Notes: generated from the sequence alone by a model not told the origin. A stretch of DNA of 64,000 nucleotides from Eledone cirrhosa (GCA_964016885.1 OZ024740.1:177444001-177508000); one strand, 5' to 3'. Positions 1-13,595 are shown, counted from the first letter of the stretch. Translations and numbers: made by a program.

Positions 1-2920
1 GCAACACCTGCAGTCAACCAGACTCCAAACGTACTGCATTGCATTCCTTTGGATCACGTCTGGGAGGCCGAGAGGGAGATTCTTACGTCTGGGAAGCCCA
101 GTATCTCCGTATATACCGCCCAGGCTTACGCCATGGAGAAACCACTCCAGCAACAACACAAGCTGAGATGGCAGTTACGAGTTATAAGTCCGGGTCAAAT
201 GGCGTAATCCAGGGCGCTACGTCTCTAGCGGTGGGAGGGATCATTGAAGTGCCACTGGTCAGCTACCGCCCACCTTAAGCTGGGCAGCCCCCGGCCAATA
301 ATAGTGCTGAGCCGCCACAGTCTGCCCGCTTCAATGGGTGCTTGGAGCTAGGACAAAATCTGAGCGCGGACTGAAAACCCTGCACCAGCAAATAAACAAA
401 AACCGCATACCCAGCCACCAGTCTTGCGACTGGCCACCTGGAATGTCAGGACCATGTGCCCTGGCATCACTGACGACTTGCGACAGATAAATGACAGCAG
501 AAAAACAGCAGTCATCAACGCCGAATTGAAAAGACTGAACATTGACATAGCGGCGCTGCAAGAGACCAGACTCGCCGCAGACGGCATGCTACGGGAGAGG
601 GAGTAAACCTTCTGATGGCGGGGAAGACCCGCCGAGGAGGCCCGCCAGCACGGCGTCGGGTTCGCCGTGAGGAACGGCTTACTCCCCATGATAGTCCCTC
701 CCTCAAATGGCTCGGAACGCGTCCTCTCTCTTAGCCTTTCAACATCATCGGGGAAGGTAAACATAGTTAGCGTTTATGCCCCAACACTCTGCTCTCCTCA
801 AAAAATAAAAGACCGCTTCTATGAGGAGCTCGACGCCACCATCAACCAGATACCAGGGTCGGAGCCCATCTTCTTGCTGGGCGATTTCAACGCAAGGGTG
901 GGTCCGACCATAGGGCATGGCCAGATTACCTCGGACGCTTCGGCGTAGGAAAGTTGAATGAAAATGGCCAGAGATTATTGGTGCTTTGCTCTTACCGGAA
1001 GCTCTGCATTTCCAACAAATTCTTTAGGACTAAGCCACAACACCAGGTCTCATGAAGGCAACCAAGGTCTGGACACTGGCACCAGCTAGATATGATCATC
1101 ATCAGGCGAGCCCACCTCGGCAGTGTGCTTCTCAGGCGCAGCTTCCACAGTGCTGACTGTGATACAGACCACTCCCTGGTGTGCAGCAGGGTCCGACTGG
1201 CGCCAAAGAAGATCCACCACACTGGAGGGAAAAGCCCTTCACGCATCAACGCTGCCAGGGCAACCAACCCAGAGCTTCGCTCAGAATTCACCAACTGCAT
1301 GGAGGAGGCCCTTAACGATCATGCAGCCACATCCATCATGGAGGGGTGGCAGCTCATCCGTGACACCACTTGCAGAATAGCCATGTCATCCCTGGGAAAG
1401 AAGGAGCGGAAAAACCAAGACTGGTTTGAAGCTCACCTGCCTGAGATGGAGCCTGTCATTGCCGCCAAGAGAGAAGCACTGGTCAACTATAAGCGCGACC
1501 CATCGGACAAGAACCTGGCTACTTTGAGAACAGCCAGAAGCGACGCCCAAAGGACGGCCAGACGATGCGCCAACACCTACTGGCAGAACCTATGCCAGAA
1601 CATCCAGTCCTGTGCTGACAGTGGTAACGTGCAAGGGATGTACGAGGGGATGAAGAAAGCCTTCGGTTGCGCTCCAAAACTGTTGAAACTCATCACCTCT
1701 TTTCACGACGGTATGCAGGGGACGGTGCAGTTTGACGGATCAACCTCAGCGCCGTTCCCCATCCAGAGTGGAGTGAAACAGGGTTGCGTTCTGGCGCCGA
1801 CGCTCTTCGGAATTTTCTTCTCCCTTGTCCTGTCCTATGCCTTCAGGACGTCCGACGACGGAGTGTTCCTCCACACCATGTCTGACGGCGAGCTGTTCAA
1901 CCTCGCACGCCTCAGGGCCAAGACCAGAGTACGCCAGGTGCTGATCAGGGAGATCCTTTTTGCTGACGATGCCGCCCTAACATCCCTCACCCAGCCAGGT
2001 CTCCAGAGGCTGGTCAGCTCCCTGACACTTGCTTAACAAGATTTCGGCCTTACCATCAGCCTGAAAAAGACGGAGATCATGGGCCAGGACGTCGGAGAGG
2101 TCCCCAGCATCAGTGTCGGCGACCACGGCTTGCAAGTGGTGAATGAGTTCACTTACCTGGGATCGAGGGTCTCCAGCAACCTGTCTCTCGACCCGGAGCT
2201 GAACAGACGGATCGGGAAAGCTGCTGCTGCCATGGCTAAGCTCTCCAGGAGAGTTTTAGAAAATAACATGCTCACCATAACCACCAAGATCGCAGTGTAC
2301 CGAGCCTGCGTACTGAGCACCCTACTCTACGGCAGCGAGAGCTGGACAACATACGTCCGACAAGAACGCCGCCTCAACAGCTTCCACATGTGGTGCCTTC
2401 AACGGATCCTTGGCATCTCCTGGAAGCACCGTGTACCAAACAGAGACATCTTAAACAAAACAAATATGCCAAGCATGTACGCCCTCCTCACGCAGAGTCG
2501 ACTGAGCTGGCTCGGGCACGTCCGCCGCATGCAGGACGGTCGCATTCCTAAAGACATCTTGTACGGTGAGCTCACCACAGGACCCCGATCCATAGGACGT
2601 CCACAGCTGCGATACAGGGATGTGTGACCTGAGGACTACGGACATCGGTGTGGACACCTGGCGTCTGACAGTGAGGAAAGGCGTTTCCACGGCTGAGGAA
2701 AGGAGGACGCGGCTGTGGTCAGACAGGCGAGACGAGAGGAAGACCACTGCAGCAACAACCCAGGCGTACCCATCGACCTTCACGTGCAGCAACTGTGCCA
2801 AAGACTGCCACTCCAGAATTGGGCGGTTCAGTCACAGCAGACGCTGCTTATCATCAAACTAGCCCCCCCCCCCCCATGGCACAATCCATTGTCTATCGAG
2901 ACAGAAGGGAGCCATCACAC
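1..2920 (+). mobile_element. Decayed RTE-clade (BovB-like) non-LTR retrotransposon: APE, RT with internal deletion, single C-terminal zinc finger
   Basis: Broken ORFs carry APE motifs (LATWNVRT, AALQETR, VSVYAPT, LLGDFNARVG, TDHSLV), RT motifs (GVKQGCVLAPTLF, LFADD, FTYLGS, LLYGSESW) and CSNCAKDCHSRIGRFSHSRRC; several stops and frameshifts. Confidence 0.93.
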
Positions 2921-2935
2921 ATACACATATATAGG

Positions 2936-3108
2936 AGATTCCAACCAGAATGGTTGCATTTTTTAAGGGTATGTCAATATTTATTTATAAAACTAACCTA
3001 TATTATATTTTATCTGATGAAAGCGCACCATAGTTGTCTCTAGTGGCCCTTGATATATGTATAATGAAATAAATATCGTTTTATAAATATAGTTTCATTT
3101 GTTAATAT

Positions 3109-3112
<4 letters not shown>
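2936..3112 (+). mobile_element. Penelope-like pseudo-LTR fragment with a hammerhead-like motif (3008-3069), abutting (TA)n
   Basis: ttttat-CTGATGA-aag..ctt-GATA-T-ATGT-A-TA-atgaaa; stem I ttttat/atgaaa pairs; GAAA box reads GATA; AATAAA follows. Confidence 0.55.
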
Positions 3113-3174
<62 letters not shown>

Positions 3175-3789
3175 TATGGACTCTCCTGTCGATATCCGAC
3201 GTATGAGTGTCCAACAAAAGCTCAGGTCTCTGGATGGCAGTGTCTCATGTGACATTTCAATCCCGCAAGTGACGGCTTGTGCTAGAACGGCCATCACACA
3301 GCAGTCGCCATAGTGCAGAGCTCCACCTAGAGACTTCCAGTAATATCCTCTACCTGTCCACGCCACTGTCACCCATCGCCTACGGGCTCCGCCTGCAAAA
3401 GACTGCTGGAAATGTGAGAAAGTGAACTGATGTTGAACGATCCACATAAAGTTTGGTTTTAAGTGGCGAAGGCAATATATTAGTAAGATTTAAAATTATC
3501 GCGGTTCAATATATATCAGTCCTAGAATAGTGAGCTGTTAAGCTATTTGTGAAATAGTACTGTGATCCAGTTTCAGTTTAAAACTATTTCACTGGATTTT
3601 AACGTAGGTAATTGTCTTCAAAAAGATAGTCTCTATTCTAGGAAACTATTATATCCTTTCAAACAGTAGTACAGTACCTCTAGCTTTGTAACGTGAGTGA
3701 GTGTCTAAATCGACTACAAACCTCTAGACTTGTTTCATGAGAAACATTGTCGTGCTTGTTCTACTGTCGGGCACTGACTCATTAACTGC

Positions 3790-4424
3790 TTAATGAACAA
3801 CCACAAGGTTATGGTCCGAACGTGGAAGAGCCGAACTCCTACTGTCATCGCCTCCATCTCTCTGTATGGTGAGAAAAGGGATCCCCCATGCTGGCCTCCC
3901 CACAGCCCCGGCGGACAGAATGGAGAAGGCGTTTCCCCGGAAGATGTTAAGGGAGATGCGCTGGAAGAGCCATTTCAGCCGAGGCTCACACCTGCGGCTG
4001 GCCAGCTCAGCACCTATGGTGGTGAATAGGGAGGTAGCCCAAGAGACAAGAACACCAGAAGTCGCCACTGACAAGGGCGACCAGTATTTGGAGAGTTTAG
4101 CCTCCCCAGCCCGACGTGCAGCAGAACCTGGGTTAGTCACAGACTGCACGAGGCTGCGATTGGCGATAGTGTCGCTGCAAGTGGCATCCGAGACGAGGTG
4201 TTTGCCACCGCGGAACGGGAAGATGGTCATACCGTCTGGCCTTTTGCCGTCCCATCGGTCCACTGGCTCGAGCTGGGAGGGGGAAGCCCGCCGCGTCCAA
4301 GTCATTCTTTATGACCCCGTTGAGGGCAGCATGGCGTGTAGGACCAATCACACATTTTGGAACTGTTGACACATATCTTCGGTGCAAATGTTTGCCACGG
4401 AAAATACAACGACAGCCCTCAGCT

Positions 4425-4426
<2 letters not shown>
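3790..4426 (-). mobile_element. 3' fragment of a CRE-like non-LTR retrotransposon (restriction-like endonuclease)
   Basis: Translation EPVDRWDGKRPDGMTIFPFRGGKHLVSDATCSDT...ETSG-like...WLFQRISL..FRGNAFSIL; homologous to 15817-16531. Confidence 0.8.
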
Positions 4427-4510
<84 letters not shown>

Positions 4511-4512
<2 letters not shown>

Positions 4513-4566
4513 AACCAGTAAGACCCCGACGGCTGAGCTCAAGCCGTTTCGACAGCTAATTCTGGA

Positions 4567-4570
<4 letters not shown>
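4511..4570 (-). mobile_element. Family-A (TA)n-embedded cassette fragment (3' half of a hammerhead)
   Basis: Reverse complement reads GAAAC-GGCT-TGAGCTC-AGCC-GTC; shared with 4869-5010, 11119-11282 and 11365-11552. Confidence 0.6.
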
Positions 4571-4641
<71 letters not shown>

Positions 4642-4644
<3 letters not shown>

Positions 4645-4836
4645 TGAGAAAAACCATCTCAATTCTACTTTTGAAAAGCAGAAGAACTGCGAAACCGGTA
4701 AAGGAACCAAATAAATATATATTTTTATAAAAGAAGACTCCAGTTGCATTTTCGATTTCATCTTTTTTCCTTATACTTTCACTCGTGTAGGGCACCTCGT
4801 TTTTTTTTCATTTTGTAAAAAAAACCTCACTTTCTA
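4642..4836 (+). mobile_element. Family-B Penelope-like pseudo-LTR with a U3-A8 hammerhead variant (4668-4703)
   Basis: ctt-TTGAAAA-gcag-aagaa-ctgc-GAAA-CCGG-TA-aag; near-identical to 53318-53644; flanked by (GA)n and (TA)n. Confidence 0.65.
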
Positions 4837-4868
<32 letters not shown>

Positions 4869-4869
<1 letters not shown>

Positions 4870-5010
4870 ATGAAGGAAGTGTAGTGAGGAACCAGATGGA
4901 CCATAACGCACCAGAGTACTCAATACATTAGTAGAGTGGGTAATAGGAAATAGTCCAGAAATAGACGTCGAAACGGCTTGAGCTCTGCCGTCGGGGTCTA
5001 ACATTTTCCT
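4869..5010. mobile_element. Family-A cassette: tail on the minus strand plus an inverted hammerhead half
   Basis: 4869-4950 is the reverse complement of the tail at 11203-11282; GAAACGGCTTGAGCTCTGCCGTC on plus; (TA)n on both sides. Confidence 0.6.
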
Positions 5011-5039
5011 ATATATATATATATATATATACATATGCA

Positions 5040-5290
5040 AATGTGTGCAACTTTTATTTTGTGTGGCCGTCCGCCTCACCATTAGGCTGGAGGAGACCGA
5101 TGTCATTCTATCCCAGGCCACAAAAGGAACAGAATTGAAAGTATTAGGTACGTTTCTCTATCTGGACGTCACACTCGGATGTTCTTGCTCTTTAGATGAT
5201 AAGATTTCCCTAAGACTTCAGAAAGCAACTGACTATTTCATGGCTCTTGTGTCTTGTGTCTAGACCAAACATAACATCGTCGTTTACTCA
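5040..5290 (+). mobile_element. Old RTE LINE RT C-terminal fragment
   Basis: LTIRLEETDV..LKVLGTFLYL..SLDDKISLRLQKA resembles LTISLKKT..FTYLGS..SLD.EI..RI.KA in the two RTEs of this window. Confidence 0.6.
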
Positions 5291-5781
5291 AAGTTGCTCT
5301 CGTTCATTTTGTTACTTTTGTTGCTTTTGCTGATGTTTTTTTCTTTTGTTGTTGATATTACTTTTGCAAGTATTGTTGTTACTGTTTTTTTTTTCTTTTG
5401 TTACTGCTGTAGCTGTAGGAGTTGGTGGTATTGAGGTTTTTCTCTTTAACTAAAAGGCAATGAAATGACTTTGCTATTTTCATTCAACCAGACACGTCAA
5501 TATTGAATGTCTTTTCTAATTATGATATGTTCTCATTTTTCATTTTTCACTTTGTCACATCGCACCGAAGCGCGCGAAAGCACCTACTCCTATATATATA
5601 CAGACATAATCATATATATACACACCATACACATACCTCCCTCTCTCATACAAAGGCGATAAAAAGGCGCTTTTGTCCTGGGGACACACTTCTGCGTGTG
5701 TCTCGCAGACACGCCTGAGTGGTATTGTCTAAATAGAAAAGAAACAAACATACACACAAATAATCTCACAAATTATATATT

Positions 5782-5812
<31 letters not shown>

Positions 5813-6256
5813 CTAAACTAAACACACACACATATATATATACATATATTAAATATGTGTATATAGATATATATATAGCTAAGATGTTTTTAGGATAGAC
5901 TGAAATTTAAATTGAAAATATATGTATACGAAAATATGACATTAAAATATGACAGTACCATTCACGGGAATCAAACTCCGTTTCTGCTCTATGCCTGACA
6001 ACTGCATAGATGACAACATTAAGGCACTCTGGCAGTTTTACAATGTCTAATTAAAGATAATTATTATACAACGTCTAATTAATATCAAACTGAATTAACC
6101 ACAAATCTTTAGCTTTAGTTATATCGAATGCCTATCAGAGTAAAATAGCAGCTACTTAACTAACAGGACGGATCAATAATTTGCTTATGTGTGTGTTTAT
6201 TCGTGTTTCTTTTCTATTTTGTCTAGGAAATACAAGTTGATACATACACACGCGCA

Positions 6257-6565
<309 letters not shown>

Positions 6566-6699
6566 TACTAGCAGAGTAGCCCGTCGTTACAGGGCAATAA
6601 TCACAATAGTATGCTTTCATTTCAATTTCGTTTTATTCTGTGTCAGGCCGTGTCTCCCCTGATGGGGGCATCCAACGTAAAGCTGACCATGCCTGAAGC

Positions 6700-7400
6700 A
6701 GGGTTATTTAAGGTGTAAACCGGCAACAGAAAATGTTTGTCCTCGTGGAAATTGAAGTCGTTTGAATTGAAATGGGACATCAGTGAGGATAAGAGGAATT
6801 ATCGGAACGAACCTATCCTCTCCCCTACCACATCCTGTTGAAATGGTGGCTTGAATCAGAAGGGGATACATATTTATCACAACCAATCGAGTTCAGCTAC
6901 ATAGCCTTTATGGGTCCAAATTCCTCAATAACATGATGGGTACACCTTCTTTAAGGTGAAGGGCATGTGGAGGCATTGCTGATAATACTAAAGAGTTGAG
7001 GAACTCTGTTGGGTAATTGGCAGCTTCCGACTGTTCCACCACAGTGTCGACAGATCGATACAACTTCGAACTTGCTGGAATTGTTTTCACCAGCTCTTGA
7101 TTTACCAATTTCACAGTCACATTTTTCGGGGCCAATATAGCCCTTTCACTGAGCTGCGAGTGACATGCGAAATGATGTTCAAGATTAGGGAACACTTTTT
7201 CTATGAGATGAAATAATGATTTCATCATCGTGCCTATATTAATAGCTCCCTTGCTATCCACAGGAAGTGTTACATCCCAAATCATTAATAGATTCTGGGC
7301 AAACTGGTCTGATTGTTTGTCTTCCCCCAAGATATGCCCTCATGTTTGTAGCGATGAACCCTATTGCCTTTTGGAATGACTGGGAGTGTCTAAAATCCCT
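6700..7400 (-). mobile_element. Helitron Rep/helicase (PIF1-like) C-terminal pseudogene fragment
   Basis: ERAILAPKN, NYPTEFLNSL..PPHALHLKEGVPIMLLRNLDP, IPLILTDVPFQFKRLQFP are characteristic Helitron helicase motifs; stops present. Confidence 0.88.
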
Positions 7401-7464
<64 letters not shown>

Positions 7465-7628
7465 ACTACTGCTACTACTACTACTACTACTAACCACCAC
7501 TACCACTACTCTATCACCACCACCACCACCACCACTACCACCACCACCACCGCCACCATCACTACTACTACTAACCACCACCACCACCACTACCACCACC
7601 ACTACCATCACCACCACCACCACCACCA
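7401..7628. repeat. (ACT)n/(GCT)n/(ACC)n trinucleotide repeat
   Basis: Directly visible. Confidence 0.95.
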
Positions 7629-7936
7629 TAGAAGATATAGAAAGTGAGTGAGAGAGCGTGGTAAAGACATATACAGAGGGGAAAAGCATAAAATACAGAG
7701 AGACAGATAGATATATAGAGAGAGGTATTCTGACAGTTGTGGATTCTAATGATATTCAACACTGTCGATGTTGAAGTTGATTTTTATCTTGTAATAATTA
7801 TATAACTAACAACAATAAACCATTCTCCTTGGGACGCAGATTCAGAAAAGGAAAACCGTTTTTCTCTAAGATGCATCGTTTTGGAGCCTTTGGGAGACAT
7901 AAACAGATACACAGATACACTCGCATTTATAGTTTA

Positions 7937-8272
7937 CAGTTGTCTTCCGGTATTCGCAGGGTTTACATTCCTAGAACACCCGCGAAGAGTAAAAAACCGC
8001 GAATATTAGACGTGGTCCATAAAAATGCCTATAAAGGTCAAAATATAATAAATATCTTATGCAATGGTATATTTTATACCGGCAAATACGGTATATTTTT
8101 ATTAATAATTTAGCGGTAAAACATATATATTGCCACGAAAAAGGTAAAAAAAAAAATCGCGGAAGATATTTACTATTCCGCGAAAATGCGGTGGTTTCAA
8201 CGAATAATTATTAGTTAGGTTCTAAGGAAATTTCCGCGAGTAACCGGGACCACGAATGCCGGGGGTACACTG
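7937..8272. mobile_element. Tc1/mariner (pogo/Tigger-like) MITE
   Basis: Terminal inverted repeats cagttgtcttccggtattcgc / cacgaatgccgggggtacactg; preceded by TA; internal ccgcgaa repeats. Confidence 0.7.
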
Positions 8273-8274
8273 TG

Positions 8275-8314
<40 letters not shown>

Positions 8315-8386
8315 TGTATATATCTCTATATATAATATATATATATATATACATAAATATATATAAATATAAATATAAATATTTAC

Positions 8387-8464
<78 letters not shown>

Positions 8465-9376
8465 CTAGAGACTATCGTGACCGAATTTTCAGATGTTTGC
8501 TTCGCAATCATTAGATGCGGGGTTTCAGTCCAACTCCGTAGTATCTTAGGAACGTATGTTTCACCATAATTTATTGAGTGGAAATAAATAGCGCGTTAGA
8601 TGGATTGTACTTGTAATTCAAAGTCCCAGTCTTGTCACTCTGTCACGCTGTTTCAACTTGATAATTATGTTAATAACGTTAAGGGTACAAATGTTTGCTG
8701 AATACTCATTCACTATCCACGCTGTGTAATTTGTTTAGTTGATCGAACAACTGGACACATAACCGTCGTTCACGATGAGAGAGATTCCACTATATAAACA
8801 TCTCATTTTATATCTTTACGAAACTGTTTCAGAATATTCAATATTCAAAATGGGACTGAAATAATATAGTTTAATATACATACAAGATGGCTCAAACTAC
8901 GAAAGAAAACACCAATATTAATATAAAGAAAAAGAACTATTTATTCAGATACAGCAGGCAGTGTTGGCTTACTAAATGAAATGCATTAGTGGAGGAAAAA
9001 GTTTGTCTCCATATAGTATTCATTTAAATACACATTTTTGTTATTCTATATTGATTACTTATTAAGTTAATAACGTCAGCAACTTTCAGGGAAGGACAAA
9101 GTTGATTTAACCAACCCCAGTATTTGACTGATACTTTATTTTATCAGCCGCGGAAGGATGAAAGGCAAAGCATGTAAATGGTATTTTACACAACGCTCTA
9201 ACTATTCTGCCAATTCATCACCCTTCTATTCCATACTATTAGAGTAGACCTGGCTTCATTAGGAGGGATTGTGGCCGATCGGCGATGACGTCAAATATAG
9301 ATATACATAAAACGTTATTGTTCAGTGGAAGTTTACAAGTGAAAGATCTCAGTCAACTGAACAAAGTCAACATATA

Positions 9377-9564
9377 ATTGTTTCTACTTTTGGCACAAGG
9401 CCAGCAATTACCCAGTGCATTGCTGGTACTTTATTTTATCGACCCCGCAAGGAGGATAGGCAAAGTTAACCTTGGCGGGATTTGAACTCAGAATGGAAAG
9501 GGCCGTAACTCTATGCGTCAAAGCATGGCGTCCGACCCTTTACCGATACTGCCAATCCACCGTC
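9377..9564 (-). mobile_element. SINE family S1 (about 190 bp, probably tRNA-derived)
   Basis: Matches the complete plus-strand copy at 10640-10831. Confidence 0.85.
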
Positions 9565-10071
9565 AACATATAATGCATTAAGTTGAGCAACATTAAACAG
9601 TTATCTGAAACTGTATAACGAACACATGAAATAAATGGGTAAAAGTTCATATATAACTGCTAAATTTGTATACGTAATTGTGAAAGTGAGTACCTTAATA
9701 TTTCGGGCGTAGGACTCAGGATCATTCCTGACGGCGTGTTCTGCCCTTGCGTACAATTCTTTATTTCATGTTACTCCAGTCCACTCAGCTACCAAAAAAT
9801 TAGTTGTACTTGTAACTCAAAGGGTGTCACAGGGAATCTCTATGACAACTGCGTTAATGGTACACGTGTCTGTGGAAGGCTAAGTCACTTGCACGTTGAT
9901 TGCAAGATCAATCTGTTTCGTTGCTCGAACAACAGGAAAACTCATCGTTTGAACTGATGGAGGTCCAATATATGCAACCCATTAAAGAGACAAGGAAATT
10001 TAAGTTACAACGCGTGTTCCTCTCAGTTTATCGAAATATGATTGATACTTTAGAAAATAAGGTTTAGTAAT

Positions 10072-10258
10072 AATTGTTTCTACTTTTGGCACAAGGCCAG
10101 CAATTATCCAGTACATTACTGGTACTTTATTTTATCGACCCCGTAAGGATGAAAGGCAAAGTTAACCTCGAAGGGATTTGAACTCAGACCGTAAAGGGAC
10201 GTAACTATGATAGAAAGCATGGCGTCCAACCCTCTACCGATACTGCTAATTCACCCCC
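10072..10258 (-). mobile_element. SINE family S1
   Basis: Matches 10640-10831. Confidence 0.85.
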
Positions 10259-10639
10259 CATAAAAGTTTAGTAATAATGTTCAGTATTTTCAAATAACTA
10301 TGGTGTCAGACGCTCTATCGATGCTGCCAACCCACCACCCTCAGTGTTTGAAGTAATAACTTATAAATTTATTGCTTATGAATGTTGTCTGTTTAATTCT
10401 CTTTCTGGGGATTTAGTGAATCAAACGAGGTGATATTGTTGTTGAAAATAACGAGTGAAGCAAGTAATGCCGTAGTGAAAGATTATATTTCAGTTAAAAC
10501 ACATTAACATTATAACCTATTTTACGTGGTTCGATTACCACGAGTAAATTTGTTAATATTTTTATTACAACTAAATACATCTTTACAAAAAGTAAAATGT
10601 TTAATATACACACACCCAAACATTATATATAAATATACA

Positions 10640-10831
10640 GGGCGGTGAATTGGCAGTATCGGTAGAGGGTCGGACGCCATGCTTTGACGCATAGATATAC
10701 GGCCCTTGCCATTCTGAGTTCAAATCCCGCCGAGGTTAACTTTGCCTTTCATCCTTACGGGGGTCGATAAAATAAAGTACCAGTAATACACTGGGAAATT
10801 GCTGGCCTTGTGCCAAAAGTAGAAACAATTA
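10640..10831 (+). mobile_element. SINE family S1, full-length copy
   Basis: A-box-like tggcagtatcgg, B-box gagttcaaatcc, core gcctttcatccttacggggtcgataaaataaagtaccagt, end tgtgccaaaagtagaaacaatt; about 20 copies in the window. Confidence 0.88.
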
Positions 10832-11118
10832 TATATAAATATACACCGTTTTTATATCAATCATACCTATATTTACTCCTATCAGCAACATTGGATAACA
10901 TAATCTTGTAAATAGGAGGGCATTTGACTTTAATTCGAAGTGATGTAGCTAAAGATAGCAGAAACAAGTCTTATACGTATATTAAGATGTTACACGCAAT
11001 ATGTTAAAGAAACGAGAAGTAGCAATTAAAAGCGAGTATATAGATATATCTATAAAAATATGTATGTGTATATAATATATATGTATATATATATGTATAT
11101 ATATATATGTATATATAT

Positions 11119-11282
11119 AGGAAAATGTTCAAGACCCCGACGGCAGAGCTCAAGCTGTCGAAACGGCTTGAGCTCTGCCGTCGAGGCCTTGAACATTTTC
11201 CTATTACCCACTCTACTACCCAAAGTATTGAGTACTCTGGTGTGTTATGGTCCACCTGTTTCCTTACCACAGTTCCTTCGTT
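11119..11282 (+). mobile_element. Family-A foldback cassette in (TA)n
   Basis: Inverted arms ggaaaatgttcaag../..cttgaacattttcc; GAAACGGC..GCCGTC; tail with GAGTAC at 11230. Confidence 0.7.
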
Positions 11283-11285
11283 ATG

Positions 11286-11364
<79 letters not shown>

Positions 11365-11367
<3 letters not shown>

Positions 11368-11550
11368 AACAAGTAAGACCCCGACGGCTGAGCTCAAGCT
11401 GTTTCGACGGCTAATTCCAGAATTAGCCGTCGAAACGGCTTGAGCTCAGCCGTCGGGGTCTTACTTGTTCCTATTACCCACTCTACTACCCTAAGTATTG
11501 AGTACTTTGGTGCGTTATGGTCCACCTGGTTCCTTACCACATTTCCTTCG

Positions 11551-11552
<2 letters not shown>
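11365..11552 (+). mobile_element. Family-A foldback cassette in (TA)n
   Basis: Palindrome of about 108 bp (11365-11472) centred near 11418, plus an 80-nt tail with GAGTAC at 11500. Confidence 0.75.
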
Positions 11553-11646
<94 letters not shown>

Positions 11647-11804
11647 ATATAATAATAATAATAAATTTGAAGACTAAAATCCAAAGAGGGCTCGATAAGG
11701 ATAAATGTATATCAAATATATAAGAACCGTAGAGCAAATATTTATTAAAATAAGTTTAATCTGTTATTTTAATCTGTTAATCTGTTATTTTAATATATAT
11801 ATAT

Positions 11805-12070
11805 TAGGATTGGTACTCTGAAATAACGATGTATACATGAATGTATGTATAGTATATGTGGCAATATACCTTACGTTTAATTAAAAACATTTAGACCATA
11901 CGTTATCGGTTTTAAAGTAGTGACTATTTCACTTCTTTTCGGCGAAAGAAGGGAGAGAAGCTCACAGTCTGTTTCACGCTGGTTGGCGTTCATCAGAGCC
12001 ACGTATTCCGCAAGGGTAGTACGTGGCTCTGATGAACGGTATATTGCCAAATATACTATACATACATTCA
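11805..12070 (-). mobile_element. Penelope-like cassette with hammerhead (11959-12000, minus) and an internally deleted inverted arm
   Basis: Minus: ggct-CTGATGA-acgc-caacca-gcgt-GAAA-CAGACTG-TG-agct; tail ttatttcaGAGTACcaatcctaa resembles that of 41601-41996. Confidence 0.65.
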
Positions 12071-12144
12071 TATATATATATATACATAGATATAATACGT
12101 ATGTATAAATGTGTATGGGCATATATGATACATGTATATGTATG

Positions 12145-12185
<41 letters not shown>

Positions 12186-12396
12186 TCATACATATATACA
12201 AATATATTCATAAGCCCTCATATTACTACACTCACTTGATCCATACCGTACAAGGAAAAACACAACCCAAACATGAATTTCAGAACTATGTCCCATTCCT
12301 GGCGGAATTTCATCTAAAAGAATGTCAGTTGCATAGAAATTTTTGGCAAACTCACGTCCAAATCAAATAATTGAATCTCAAACTTCAGATTGTGAA

Positions 12397-12515
12397 AGCG
12401 CATGGCTTAGTGGTTAGAGCATTGGGCTTGCAATCGAAAGGTTGTGAGTTCAATTCTCGGACCGGGTGATGTGTTGTTTCCTTGAGCAAAACACTTTATT
12501 TCACGTTGCTCCAGC
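12397..12515 (+). mobile_element. tRNA-derived SINE family S2, 5' part
   Basis: gcgcatggcttagtggttagagc (A box) and gagttcaattc (B box); also at 27425, 42540 and 21300 (minus). Confidence 0.8.
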
Positions 12516-13504
12516 TGGGATGATAGGACTGGGGTCCCTCTCATTAAAATCACCCAAGACACCTCCAACGAGATATACCTTGGAGGAGACCAGCTAAACC
12601 TGCATAGCTGTGAGCTGTCACACACAAACTTCAGATTCTGTTGAGGACGTCGACACAAAACTAATGGTAAAGTTTACACATATATATGCCTTCAATAAAT
12701 AAGTCAGTATGGAAGTTGAGACCATTCGTATCCCAATGATGAAATTGTGAAAGTTTAGAAACACTGCTGGTGAAGTTAGGCACTTTATTGTTATATGGAG
12801 TGTGCAAAGGAATCATATAAAAGAACCTTAGGAAAACCGATAAAACTGGAACATAGTCTTGTTTTTATGATAATGGATAAAGAAATCAATTTCTCATATA
12901 TATATGACTATATACATATACTTTGTATATGCATATATGCATGTTCACAACCACATCGTTAGGGGTTCATTCCTGGTGTGCTTTCTACCATAACCTTGGT
13001 TTAAGTAATGCCGAGTGAGAGGAATATTGTAAACAGAAAATGCATAAGTCCGTAGAATCTCTCTCTCTCTCCCAATATATATATATATATATAATATTAT
13101 AGAGTAAAATGACAGAAGGCCGGACTGGTTGAATTCCTTCAATTATTTATTTCTGCAAACACTATGCACTATTCATTGGCCAGGTTACGTATCAATCTGG
13201 TGACATCATCAGTAGTTATATACCAAAGGAATGATGGTAAACACATTACAAGAAGCTTAACGAAAAAAGCAGAGAAGTTTGAAATGTGCAAAGTATTTAC
13301 AGAAATAAATAATTGAAGAAATTCAACCTGTCAGCACTCATTTTACTCTGTAATATAATATTTAACTCCGTTCCCGCACCACTAGCAGGATTCAACATCA
13401 ATGAGGGGTGAGTTGCGTACCATCGAGTGCTTTCTTACAATTACATCATGATTAACATTGCAGGACGACCAATTCTACCCAGTGTTGAAACACCAAATTT
13501 AAAC

Positions 13505-13595
<91 letters not shown>

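Noticed and set aside
4427-5035. CRISPR-like alternation of (TA)n and unique segments
   Set aside because: Eukaryotic context, variable repeat length, and the 'spacers' are multi-copy mobile cassettes; no cas genes.
6908-7330. Host PIF1 helicase gene
   Set aside because: Intronless, truncated, contains stops, and has Helitron-type motifs.
12397-12470. tRNA-like sequence (also 27425 and 42540)
   Set aside because: A/B boxes continue into a shared SINE body; no proper cloverleaf or acceptor stem.
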